Positions 34,961-43,477 of a stretch of DNA of 51,203 bases are shown piece after piece. Under the pieces are notes generated by a model. That model saw only the letters and a program-made list of their open reading frames with translations, searched no databases and was not told where the DNA came from. Within the stretch, counting starts at the first letter, position 1. Each line of letters starts with the position of its first letter. The stretch lies in sequence record DRR723986_5789. One strand, given 5' to 3'. A program made the position numbers and the translations under genes.

Positions 34961-35609
34961 CGGTTTTTTGTTCCTGCCAGGCTCTGTAGAGCATGGCGGC
35001 CTCCAGACGGTTTCGTGCATTCAGGCGTGCCAGAATACTTCGAACGTGGGTTTTCACTGTTTCCGGAGACAAACCCAAATTCTGGGCAATTTCATGGTTG
35101 GATTCACCCTTGGCTATTCGATACAAGACAGACACCTGTCGCTCGGTAATTCGGGCCATTCGCTGACCAATGGTAAAACCGCTCGCATGTTGGGTTTTCT
35201 GACTGATTTGATCAGTCCAGTTGTTGCGGCGCAAACGCAAAACCATGCTGTCCAACACGCTGAGTACCCGATCTTGAGTAATGCCTTTGGACACAAATTC
35301 TGTCTCTGGGTATTCATCAGCCATGTCACCCAAAATTTCTTCGTTCCCGGAAATAACCAGCGTACGGCTGTAATCAAAAGTCTCTAGTGCAGTTTCAAGT
35401 ACCTTTTCAGGTGCCATGTCAGGCAAACCCAAATCGAGAAGTACAAGGTCCGGTTGCTCGAAACGGCTATGCTCCAACGCGGGTCCGATACGGCTGAACA
35501 ACTTGACCTCCAGGTCGGTGTAGCGCGAATTCATGATGTCGCGCAAAGCCATGGCGATAATCGGATGATCGTCAATAATAAATACGCGTAGCTGATTAGG
35601 AGTCGACAT
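34941..35609 (-). CDS. NarL/LuxR-family response regulator
   Basis: Receiver domain (IDDH, LLDLGLPD, ISG, VSK) plus LuxR HTH (TERQ...GESNHEIAQNLGLSPETVKTHV). Confidence 0.92.
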   Translation of the reverse strand: MSTPNQLRVFIIDDHPIIAMALRDIMNSRYTDLEVKLFSRIGPALEHSRFEQPDLVLLDLGLPDMAPEKVLETALETFDYSRTLVISGNEEILGDMADEYPETEFVSKGITQDRVLSVLDSMVLRLRRNNWTDQISQKTQHASGFTIGQRMARITERQVSVLYRIAKGESNHEIAQNLGLSPETVKTHVRSILARLNARNRLEAAMLYRAWQEQKTDEVYSD

Positions 35610-35765
35610 AAATTTGTCCCATGCAAGTCGAGTGTCAGAAACTGTCGTTCAGAAGTGAATAGAGCCCTTGCCATTCATTACGACAGCCAAAAGAAGTGCC
35701 AACAACCCCGATAGGGGCGACACTGCGTTGGGTGACTTGTGCTGGGCTTTTGGTTCCATTAAACG

Positions 35766-35792
35766 AAAAAGAGCGGCCAGTCAGCCGCCCTT
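35766..35792 (-). terminator. Intrinsic terminator after the TRAP solute-binding gene
   Basis: Minus strand AAGGGCGGCT-GACT-GGCCGCTC-TTTTT. Confidence 0.75.
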
Positions 35793-35824
35793 TATATCTG
35801 ACCTCACTTTCGTAGGTCAAAAAC

Positions 35825-36913
35825 TTACTTCGATCTGGGTATGTATGACGCCATCGAGTTTTCGGCAACCCGGAACCAATTGTTTTGATCATTGCGGAAA
35901 CGATTCCATGATCCAAATATTTTCTTGAACTTTGGATTGTTTTTGGATTCTTCCGCGTAAAGCTTTTCCGCTTCCTTGTACGCCGCATCCAGAATATCTC
36001 TGGGATAAATTCGTAGCTGAGCACCCGATTGGATCAATCGATTCAAGGCAGCCGGGTTCTTGGCATCGTATTCAGCGGTCATGGTGATGTTCACCTCGGC
36101 TGCAGCGACTTCAAGTGCAGCCTGATAACTCTTGGGCAGTTTGTTCCACGCGTCCAGATTGATATAAAAGCTTAATGACGGGCCTGGCTCCCAAAATCCA
36201 GGGTAATAGTAGAACTTGGCCACTTTTTGAAAACCCAGTTTCTCATCGTCATACGGCCCAACCCATTCAGCAGCATCGATAGTGCCTTTTTCCAAGGCCG
36301 GGTAAATATCGCCACCGGCTATGGTTTGCGGTACAGCACCCAAAGCCGCCATGATTTTGCCGCCAAAGCCAGGAATTCGTACCTTCAGGCCTTTCAGGTC
36401 ATTCAGATTTTTGACTTCTTTGCGCCACCAGCCGCCCATTTGGGTACCCGTGTTGCCACCGGGAAAATTGATGATGTTGTAGTCTTTCAAAAACTCACGG
36501 GTCATTTGCAAACCACCGCCGTGATAAAGCCATGCGTTTTGTTGGCGAGCGGTCAAACCGAAGGGCAAGCCAGCCTCAAATGCGAAGGCTGCGTCTTTTC
36601 CTACGTAGTAGTAACCGGCAGTGTGGCCACACTCCACGGTACCTCGCTGTACTGCATCCAGCACTTGCAGACCCGGCACGATTTCGCCAGCTGCAAATGG
36701 GCGAATATCGAATTTGCCGCCAGTCAGTTCTGACACCCGCTTGGCCAACTGGGGCGCGGCACCCCACAGGGCGTCCAGGCTTTTGGGAAAACTCGAGGTT
36801 AGGCGCCAGCGCACACTGGGACCGTCAGCAGCCATAGCAGACGTTCCCGATGCTGCGGTTGCGGTGACGGCAGCGCCCAAACTCGCCTTTTTAAGAAAGG
36901 AACGACGTTCCAT
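35825..36913 (-). CDS. TRAP solute-binding protein DctP, TakP-like, Tat signal
   Basis: MERRSFLKK twin-arginine signal, WRLTSSFPKSLD, GNTGTQMGGW and ALEKGTIDAAEWVGPYDD. SD AGGAG. Confidence 0.92.
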   Translation of the reverse strand: MERRSFLKKASLGAAVTATAASGTSAMAADGPSVRWRLTSSFPKSLDALWGAAPQLAKRVSELTGGKFDIRPFAAGEIVPGLQVLDAVQRGTVECGHTAGYYYVGKDAAFAFEAGLPFGLTARQQNAWLYHGGGLQMTREFLKDYNIINFPGGNTGTQMGGWWRKEVKNLNDLKGLKVRIPGFGGKIMAALGAVPQTIAGGDIYPALEKGTIDAAEWVGPYDDEKLGFQKVAKFYYYPGFWEPGPSLSFYINLDAWNKLPKSYQAALEVAAAEVNITMTAEYDAKNPAALNRLIQSGAQLRIYPRDILDAAYKEAEKLYAEESKNNPKFKKIFGSWNRFRNDQNNWFRVAENSMASYIPRSK

Positions 36914-36938
36914 GGCTTAGTCTCCTTTTTTATTTCTT

Positions 36939-38291
36939 TTAATTCCCGGCTACTGTCATTGACTCAATCAGAATGCTGCCGACATATTTGCTGCCGCGCC
37001 AATAGGCGTCATCACCAACAGCCACAATGTTTGCAAGCATGTCTTTTAAATTACCGGCAATCGTGATCTCCTCAACAGGGTGGACAATGATGCCGTTCTC
37101 CACCCAATAGCCAAAGGCGCCACGTGAGTAATCGCCAGTCACACCATTGACTCCCTGCCCCATCATCTCGGTAACCAGCAAGCCTGTACCCATGGTTTTT
37201 AGCAAGGCATCCAGTCCGCCGGAAACGGTTTTGCTTGAGCTGAGAATAAGGTTGTGGGTCCCACCCGCATTCCCTGTGGTTTCCATACCCAGCTTGCGAG
37301 CGGAGTAGCTTGAAAGGAAGTAACCGTTGCACACACCTTTTTTCACCACGGTGCGGGCCTTTACCTTTACACCTTCTTCATCGAAAGGTGAACTGCCGTG
37401 CGCACCTTCAATGAATGGATCTTCCTTGATGGTGATGTGAGGTGCCCATACTGGTTTACCCAATGAATTCAACAGAAAACTGGTTTTGCGATACAGGGAC
37501 GAACCCGACACCGCACCCACATAGTGACTTACCAAACTTGCGGCGATGGGGGCTTCAAAGATGACTGGACAGTTGCGGGTGGTGATGGGTCTGGAACCTA
37601 GGCGAGCCAAGGCGCGCTGTGCTGCGTAGGCGCCAATTTTTGCGGGCTTTGCAAGGTCTTTGGCCTTGCGCTCCGAGGAATACCAAAAGTCTCTCTGCAT
37701 CGGGCTGTCCTTCGACTTCTTGGCCTGCGCAATCGGGGAGACGGACAGCGAGTGACGCGAATATGGGTAGCCACCCTTAAAGCCCTTGCTGTTGGCTGCG
37801 AAAAAGTGTCCGGATTCAGTGGAAACATTGGCACCGTCGGAATTTCGGATCTGCTTGCTGACGTCAAAAGCAGCCTGCTCCATAGCCAAGGCCTTTTCAA
37901 CCGCTTTGGCAGTGCTCAGATTCCAGGGATGATACAGATCCAGATCACGGTGGCGCCTGGAAATATTTTCTTCATCGGGCAGCCCTGCGAACTTGTCTGC
38001 AGCCGTATATTTTGCAATGTCCAAAGCGGCACGAATGGCTGAATCAATGGCTTCCAGCGAAAAATCCGAGGATGAAGCGTTGCCCCTTTTCTTGCCTTTG
38101 AACACACTAACGCCAAAGCTTTTATCACGTGTGTGTTCAATGGTTTCAATTTCCCCCATGCGCACACTGACCGATTGACCCACCGCTTCACTGATGTCAA
38201 CCGCACAATCGGTAGCACCCAATGATTTGGCTTTTTTCAATGCGTACTCGGTTAATTCCTGAAATGTCTCGGATTTAAAGCTAAAGCCCAT
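36939..38291 (-). CDS. pmbA: Metalloprotease PmbA (TldE)
   Basis: MQRDFWYS, PFDEEG, TGNAGG, GVNGVTGDYSRGA and EITIAGNL. Divergent from yjgA. Confidence 0.94.
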   Translation of the reverse strand: MGFSFKSETFQELTEYALKKAKSLGATDCAVDISEAVGQSVSVRMGEIETIEHTRDKSFGVSVFKGKKRGNASSSDFSLEAIDSAIRAALDIAKYTAADKFAGLPDEENISRRHRDLDLYHPWNLSTAKAVEKALAMEQAAFDVSKQIRNSDGANVSTESGHFFAANSKGFKGGYPYSRHSLSVSPIAQAKKSKDSPMQRDFWYSSERKAKDLAKPAKIGAYAAQRALARLGSRPITTRNCPVIFEAPIAASLVSHYVGAVSGSSLYRKTSFLLNSLGKPVWAPHITIKEDPFIEGAHGSSPFDEEGVKVKARTVVKKGVCNGYFLSSYSARKLGMETTGNAGGTHNLILSSSKTVSGGLDALLKTMGTGLLVTEMMGQGVNGVTGDYSRGAFGYWVENGIIVHPVEEITIAGNLKDMLANIVAVGDDAYWRGSKYVGSILIESMTVAGN

Positions 38292-38318
38292 ATTGCCCTG
38301 CGAAAAATGCTGCCAAAA

Positions 38319-38873
38319 ATGGCTAATATACAGCCCATGGAACCAGAAAACGACAAACAGGGCGAGTTTGAAGAATATGATCGCCCCAGCAAGTCCGCCA
38401 TCAAGCGAGACATGCTGGCCCTACAGGATTTGGGCAAAACCCTGTGCGAAATGCCCTATGACAAAGTCAAACGGGCACCGATCGGTGAACGCCTGCTGAT
38501 CGAGATTGGCGAATTCCACAAATGCAAATCATTTGGCGCCAAAAAGCGGCAAATGCAATTCATCGGTAAACTGATGCGTGACGAAGAGCATGAGGAAATT
38601 CAAGCTTGGGTGAATGGCGAGACCGTTGAACAAAAATTGAAGGTACTCCACCTGCATGCTGCGGAACAGTGGCGCGACCGATTGATTGAAGACCCTGGCC
38701 TGTTGGCCACGTTCATTGAAAGCTACCCGGCCGCCGCGCGAGAAAACCTGAACCCGATCATCAGACAGGCAGTGCAGGAACGCGCAACCAAAAAAGCTCC
38801 CCGAAATTTTCGACAGTTGTTTCAGATCCTTTACCGCTTGATCGAAGAGAAAGCCGAGGAAGATAAAGCATGA
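38319..38873 (+). CDS. yjgA: Ribosome biogenesis factor YjgA (DarP); start uncertain (38307/38319/38337)
   Basis: PSKSAIKRDMLALQDLG, RQMQFIGKLMR, EQWRDRL and FRQLFQ. Confidence 0.9.
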   Translation: MANIQPMEPENDKQGEFEEYDRPSKSAIKRDMLALQDLGKTLCEMPYDKVKRAPIGERLLIEIGEFHKCKSFGAKKRQMQFIGKLMRDEEHEEIQAWVNGETVEQKLKVLHLHAAEQWRDRLIEDPGLLATFIESYPAAARENLNPIIRQAVQERATKKAPRNFRQLFQILYRLIEEKAEEDKA

Positions 38874-39475
38874 GTGTTGATGCAGTAAAGATTGGACTGG
38901 TCTCGGTCAGCGACCGAGCATCCGCCGGTGTATATCAAGATCAAGGCATTCCAAGCCTTAAAACTTGGTTGCAACATGCTTTGTTGAACCCGATTGAGTT
39001 TGTTGAGGTGTTGATTCCGGACGAACAGGCCGAAATTGAAAACGCCTTGAAAAAACTGGCTGACGAGCACCAGTGCAATTTGATTTGCACCACGGGTGGC
39101 ACCGGCCCCGCCAAGCGAGATGTAACACCTGAAGCTACTTTGGCTGTAGCTGACAAGGAAATGCCGGGTTTTGGCGAGCAAATGCGGCAAATCAGCCTGC
39201 ATTTCGTACCCACGGCAATACTGTCACGGCAAGTGGCGGTCATCCGGGGCGAGAGCCTGATTCTGAATTTGCCTGGTCAACCCAAAGCAATCGCCGAAAC
39301 CCTAGAGGGTTTGAAAGACAAAGAAGGCAACAGCCTGGTGAAAGGAATATTTGCAGCAGTGCCTTATTGCATCGATCTGATCGGTGGCCCGTACATGGAA
39401 ACCAATGAAACTGTGATCAAAGCGTTTCGCCCGAAGTCGGCCCTGCGAAAGCCAGCCGAAGGAAATGCACCATGA
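38870..39475 (+). CDS. mog: Molybdopterin adenylyltransferase
   Basis: VSDRAS, TTGGTG, RDVTPEAT, PTAILSR and NLPGQPK. Confidence 0.94.
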   Translation: MSVDAVKIGLVSVSDRASAGVYQDQGIPSLKTWLQHALLNPIEFVEVLIPDEQAEIENALKKLADEHQCNLICTTGGTGPAKRDVTPEATLAVADKEMPGFGEQMRQISLHFVPTAILSRQVAVIRGESLILNLPGQPKAIAETLEGLKDKEGNSLVKGIFAAVPYCIDLIGGPYMETNETVIKAFRPKSALRKPAEGNAP

Positions 39476-40143
39476 GTCTGAACCCGGGAATTGAATGCGT
39501 TGTTGTTGAAACTGGTCCTAAACCCACCGGATGTGTGGTTTGGCTGCATGGTTTGGGTGCAGATGGGTACGACTTTGTGCCAATTGTCAAAGAACTTGAG
39601 CAAATGGGCTTGCCCGACACGCGTTTTGTATTTCCGCATGCGCCGAAAATCCCCGTCAGTATTAATGGGGGTTACGTGATGCGAGCCTGGTACGATATTA
39701 AAAATGTTGATTTGCAGCGACAGGAAGATGAAGGTGGAATACGGCAGAGCCAAGCCACCATTGAGCAATTGATTGGAGACCAAATTGAATTGGGTTTCCA
39801 GCCAGAGCGAATTGTATTGGCGGGTTTTTCACAAGGTGGTGCCATTACGTATCAGCTTGGATTGCGTACAGCCCACAAACTCGCGGGTTTGATTGCCTTG
39901 TCTACTTACCTGCCTTGCGAAGACACCTTGGACCACGAAATTAACCCGGGTAATCTGGGTATTCCGGTGCTTGCAGCACACGGTGAGCAAGACAATATTG
40001 TGTTGATCGAGCGCGGTGAAAAGGCTGTCAAATTGCTGCAAAGCAAGGGAGTGGAAGTCCAGTGGCACACCTACCCCATGGCGCATTCGGTCTGCGGTGA
40101 GGAGGTGGTTGAAATCGCCGAGTTCCTGAAGCGCGTTCTTTGA
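39472..40143 (+). CDS. Phospholipase/carboxylesterase (alpha/beta hydrolase)
   Basis: WLHGLGADG, MRAWYDI, GFSQGG, HGEQD and MAHSV. Confidence 0.92.
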   Translation: MSLNPGIECVVVETGPKPTGCVVWLHGLGADGYDFVPIVKELEQMGLPDTRFVFPHAPKIPVSINGGYVMRAWYDIKNVDLQRQEDEGGIRQSQATIEQLIGDQIELGFQPERIVLAGFSQGGAITYQLGLRTAHKLAGLIALSTYLPCEDTLDHEINPGNLGIPVLAAHGEQDNIVLIERGEKAVKLLQSKGVEVQWHTYPMAHSVCGEEVVEIAEFLKRVL

Positions 40144-40150
40144 ATTTGTA

Positions 40151-40166
40151 CTGTATATAAAAACAG
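40151..40166. promoter_or_regulatory. LexA (SOS) box
   Basis: TA-CTGTATATAAAAACAG, matching CTGT-N8-ACAG with an AT-rich spacer, just upstream of a TATACT -10-like element at 40177-40182. Confidence 0.85.
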
Positions 40167-40213
40167 CTTTTTGGTTTATACTTGATTTCAGGAATAACCA
40201 AGCAGGTGTACTT

Positions 40214-40477
40214 ATGCCAGCGCAAGCGCCACAACAGATTTCGATCATTGAACTTGAACGTGCAATCAATTATTGGCGTTCGAAATATCCCTCATCCCGG
40301 GACACCATGACGCTGTGCCCTCAAGCATCTTGCTTGGCCGAGTTATATGCCCGCATGATTATTTTCCAAATCCACGAAATCTCGATCGCTGAGTTTTCTG
40401 CAAAAGCCCGAAAAGCACTTGGTGAAGCTGAACAGGCTTTTGCGGACCGACAAGATCGAAACAATCGGGCGGCCTGA
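40214..40477 (+). CDS. DUF3717-like small protein
   Basis: ISIIELERAINYWR...LCPQASCLAELYARMI resembles DUF3717 as I recall it. SD AGGTG. Confidence 0.78.
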   Translation: MPAQAPQQISIIELERAINYWRSKYPSSRDTMTLCPQASCLAELYARMIIFQIHEISIAEFSAKARKALGEAEQAFADRQDRNNRAA

Positions 40478-40495
40478 ATCAAGTGAAATCGGGAC

Positions 40496-41710
40496 TCAAT
40501 TTGCGCGGCTGAGCAACAGATGGGCTGCACCCCACAATTGACTTGAAACCGGTGAATTGCATGGCCCTTTCAACTGGCTGATTTGCCAGGCATTAACCCC
40601 GGCACGCCTCAACTCCAGCGTGCCGCGCTGTGGGCTATGTCCTTTGATCTGCAGGTGAAAAATACAAATGTCGCCAGCCATGCAACGGTCGATGTATGAA
40701 GGCACACAGTGGTGCATTCTTTTGGCTTCACTTAGCAAAGCGTTCAACGAGTTCAATTCAATAAACTCAATATTGTCACCCAAACTACCCATGCCAAGAA
40801 TCTCTGGCCAGAATACATTTTGTCGACCCAAGTCCAAATCCAGTTCGATCAAATGCCAATGCGCCTGACGAGACATCAAGGTGTCGTAGGTCCAGTTTCT
40901 GGAAATGATCACAGGGTGTTTGGTCGCGCTGGCCGCACTGCCAAGCAACCAGTCCGTAATCAGGGGAAACTCCTCCAGTTCCAGCTCTTTCCGATGTTCA
41001 AGCTTCAAATTACTTTCACGGCGCTCAAGCGCGAGCCTCGTGCCTCGCAAAATATTCAAGGCGGCCAGCGAATTCAAGTTCTCATGATTGCGCCTCAGCC
41101 AAGTGCTTAAACCGCCAAAACCATGCAAAGCTGCAGTCTGCTTGTCGACCCAGGAAATCGGAATTTTCCGATCCAAAGCAGCGTGAAAGTTTACCCAACT
41201 CAAGTGACTCAATTGCCCCCAGTTGATACGGGCAATGTAGGCAGTTTTCTGATGTGTTAGCCAGCGCCAGGTTTGTTGGCTTAGGCCTTGCGCCAACATG
41301 CGGTTTTTCACTACTTGCCAATTGGGCAAATTGCTCCACATCCCACGATCTTGGGACAGCAAAGGTCCTAAGCAACGATTCTCGCCAAGCCGGTCCTCAA
41401 TCACGTTCTTAAAAGCGGACACCTGGCTGAGGTCGAGCAGTGTGGTGTGTTTGGGTACAACCCTCAAAGTGAGTTTGACAACATCATCACCGTAACGCCT
41501 TCGTATTGCGCTGGTCCACGCCCGCTGAATGTCGTTCAGGCTGGCGGCCTCAAGAGGAAAGTCAATGCATGTGCCCTGCAAGCATCCAGGAATTTGCATA
41601 CTCGGCGGCGCACGCCACAAAGAACGCATCAACTCAGCTTTCAATTTCCAGGCAGCTTCATCCGACAACAGGACACGACAGGATTCAGCGAGTTTTGCTC
41701 GGGCCTTCAT
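40496..41710 (-). CDS. PcfJ-like domain protein; start 41710, possibly 41827
   Basis: C-terminal LLSEAKRMHHCVPSY...IFHL...RGTLEL...QLKGPCN signature of PcfJ-like proteins. Confidence 0.75.
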   Translation of the reverse strand: MKARAKLAESCRVLLSDEAAWKLKAELMRSLWRAPPSMQIPGCLQGTCIDFPLEAASLNDIQRAWTSAIRRRYGDDVVKLTLRVVPKHTTLLDLSQVSAFKNVIEDRLGENRCLGPLLSQDRGMWSNLPNWQVVKNRMLAQGLSQQTWRWLTHQKTAYIARINWGQLSHLSWVNFHAALDRKIPISWVDKQTAALHGFGGLSTWLRRNHENLNSLAALNILRGTRLALERRESNLKLEHRKELELEEFPLITDWLLGSAASATKHPVIISRNWTYDTLMSRQAHWHLIELDLDLGRQNVFWPEILGMGSLGDNIEFIELNSLNALLSEAKRMHHCVPSYIDRCMAGDICIFHLQIKGHSPQRGTLELRRAGVNAWQISQLKGPCNSPVSSQLWGAAHLLLSRAN

Positions 41711-41825
41711 TCCCCACTCAAAATAAAGCCCGCTTCGCGTGCTGACCAAGCGCGAGGGCAGCCGCAGCGACTTAACTCGCGGTATGCTGGTGGCTGTGTT
41801 CAATTCAAAATCTAACAAAGGGCGC

Positions 41826-42629
41826 ATGATGGACAACAAGACAGAAGAATCCGTCAACATTGAGATCTTACAGCAAGGCGAGATCTGGAAAATTTCCATC
41901 AATCGACCCGAGGCTCGCAACTGTGTCGATCGTTACACCGCCGACCAACTTGAAAAAGCATTTCAATCCTTTGAAACGGATGCAACGGCTCGCGTGGCCA
42001 TTTTGACCGGTGAAGGCGGTAATTTTTGCGCAGGTGCAGACTTGAAAGCCGTTGCATCTGGTGACCCCAGCCGTGTTAATCGAATGGAAAGACATGGGGC
42101 CGGCCCCATGGGAATTAGCCGAATGGAATTGAGCAAGCCAGTGATCGCCGCGGTGTCTGGCTATTGCGTAGCGGGTGGTCTGGAATTGGCTGCTTGGTGC
42201 GATATGCGTGTTGCCGATAGTACTGCTGTTTTTGGTGTATTTTGCCGACGCTTTGGGGTGCCACTGATCGATGGCGGCACCGTGCGCTTGCCACGCCTGA
42301 TTGGTCAAAGCCGGGCCATGGATATGATTTTGACGGGTCGCCCTGTCGACGCCGCCGAAGCCTTTTCTTGGGGTTTGGCCAATCGGCTGGAAAAAGAACG
42401 TACAGCCTTGGCGGGTGCCGTCGAGTTGGCAAGTCTATTGTGTAAACACCCACAAACCTGCATGCGCAATGACAGACAAAGCGTACTGACCCAATGGGGA
42501 TTTGGTGAACGCGAGGCGCTTGAAGAAGAATTTGAATTTGGCTTGAACACTCTCACCTCGGGTGAGACTGTCGAAGGTGCAACCGCGTTTAAGGAAGGCT
42601 CCGGCCGACACGGGGAAACGGTTCAATAA
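41826..42629 (+). CDS. Enoyl-CoA hydratase/crotonase family protein
   Basis: INRPEARN, FCAGADL, GPMG, AGGLELA and FCRRFGVPLIDGGTVRLPRLIG. Confidence 0.92.
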   Translation: MMDNKTEESVNIEILQQGEIWKISINRPEARNCVDRYTADQLEKAFQSFETDATARVAILTGEGGNFCAGADLKAVASGDPSRVNRMERHGAGPMGISRMELSKPVIAAVSGYCVAGGLELAAWCDMRVADSTAVFGVFCRRFGVPLIDGGTVRLPRLIGQSRAMDMILTGRPVDAAEAFSWGLANRLEKERTALAGAVELASLLCKHPQTCMRNDRQSVLTQWGFGEREALEEEFEFGLNTLTSGETVEGATAFKEGSGRHGETVQ

Positions 42630-42661
42630 TCCAGTGCTGTGGTCAGAATGGCTCGGATCAA

Positions 42662-43201
42662 TTAATTCAAACCAACAATCACGCCGAACTGCGCCGAATT
42701 TGACACTCGGCGTGAGTCAGCAGCCGTTGAGTAAGAATTGGATTCCACGCCGAAAAACCAATTGGCCACACCACCGCGATTGGTGAGCAGATACAAGCCT
42801 TGGCGTTCGCTGTTTAAAGTTACGCTGGACAAGCGGCCCGGTGCGTAAACCAGACTCAGGTTTTCCTGAAGTGTCACCTGCAAGCCACCATAGACTGCCT
42901 TGATTGAAGATTCGGGCTCCGCTTCCGACACCGACAACGTCGTTTTGAATGAAATTAACTTCGATTTAACGACCGCCCCTTCATCCACCACTACTCCTCT
43001 GAACAAATTGACTTTGCCCAATAGGCTATGAGCCTGCTTTTCCTGTTTCAATTCAATGGGCGGTACAATTTGGTGCTTCCCAAGTGCCCCACTTGCTTTC
43101 AACACCAGTGGTTCCGCGGCATTGACGCCACCCAGATAAAAACATCCAGTCGTCAAAGCGAGCGCCACCAAAGCAAACTGTTTTGAGCAGATAAGTGCCA
43201 T
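42662..43201 (-). CDS. Hypothetical exported protein, beta-strand-rich C-terminus
   Basis: SD AAGGAG before the ATG. Signal peptide ending VNA-AEP. Alternating beta-strand segments. Confidence 0.65.
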   Translation of the reverse strand: MALICSKQFALVALALTTGCFYLGGVNAAEPLVLKASGALGKHQIVPPIELKQEKQAHSLLGKVNLFRGVVVDEGAVVKSKLISFKTTLSVSEAEPESSIKAVYGGLQVTLQENLSLVYAPGRLSSVTLNSERQGLYLLTNRGGVANWFFGVESNSYSTAADSRRVSNSAQFGVIVGLN

Positions 43202-43477
43202 GATGCACTCCTTGAATACAGATTTTTACTTACTTCTATTAACGGTTATTTTGAGTTTTACTGAATTGCACGATTGGGCTAACCCCTATGCAGGTGGGTG
43301 CACGTTTAAGGCGAAGAATCAAGCCCAAAGGGGCCTTTTAGAGCAGCCAATCTACTTCAATACCTGAAAGTAACATTTTTGGGCTTTGGTGATACACTGA
43401 AATGACTACATAAAAGTCACTACTTCAAGCGACTACCCGCTGTAAGTGCACTGACAACAATACCGGAGACACTGACC

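Noticed and set aside
35649..35759. 36-aa minus-strand ORF MEPKAQHKSPNAVSPLSGLLALLLAVVMNGKGSIHF upstream of the response regulator
   Set aside because: No SD, and it starts immediately after a terminator U-tract. It cannot be supported without conservation or ribosome-profiling data.
41711..41920. Overlapping divergent N-terminal extensions of the PcfJ-like and enoyl-CoA hydratase ORFs
   Set aside because: More simply explained by starts at 41710 (-) and 41826/41829 (+), which leave a normal divergent spacer.
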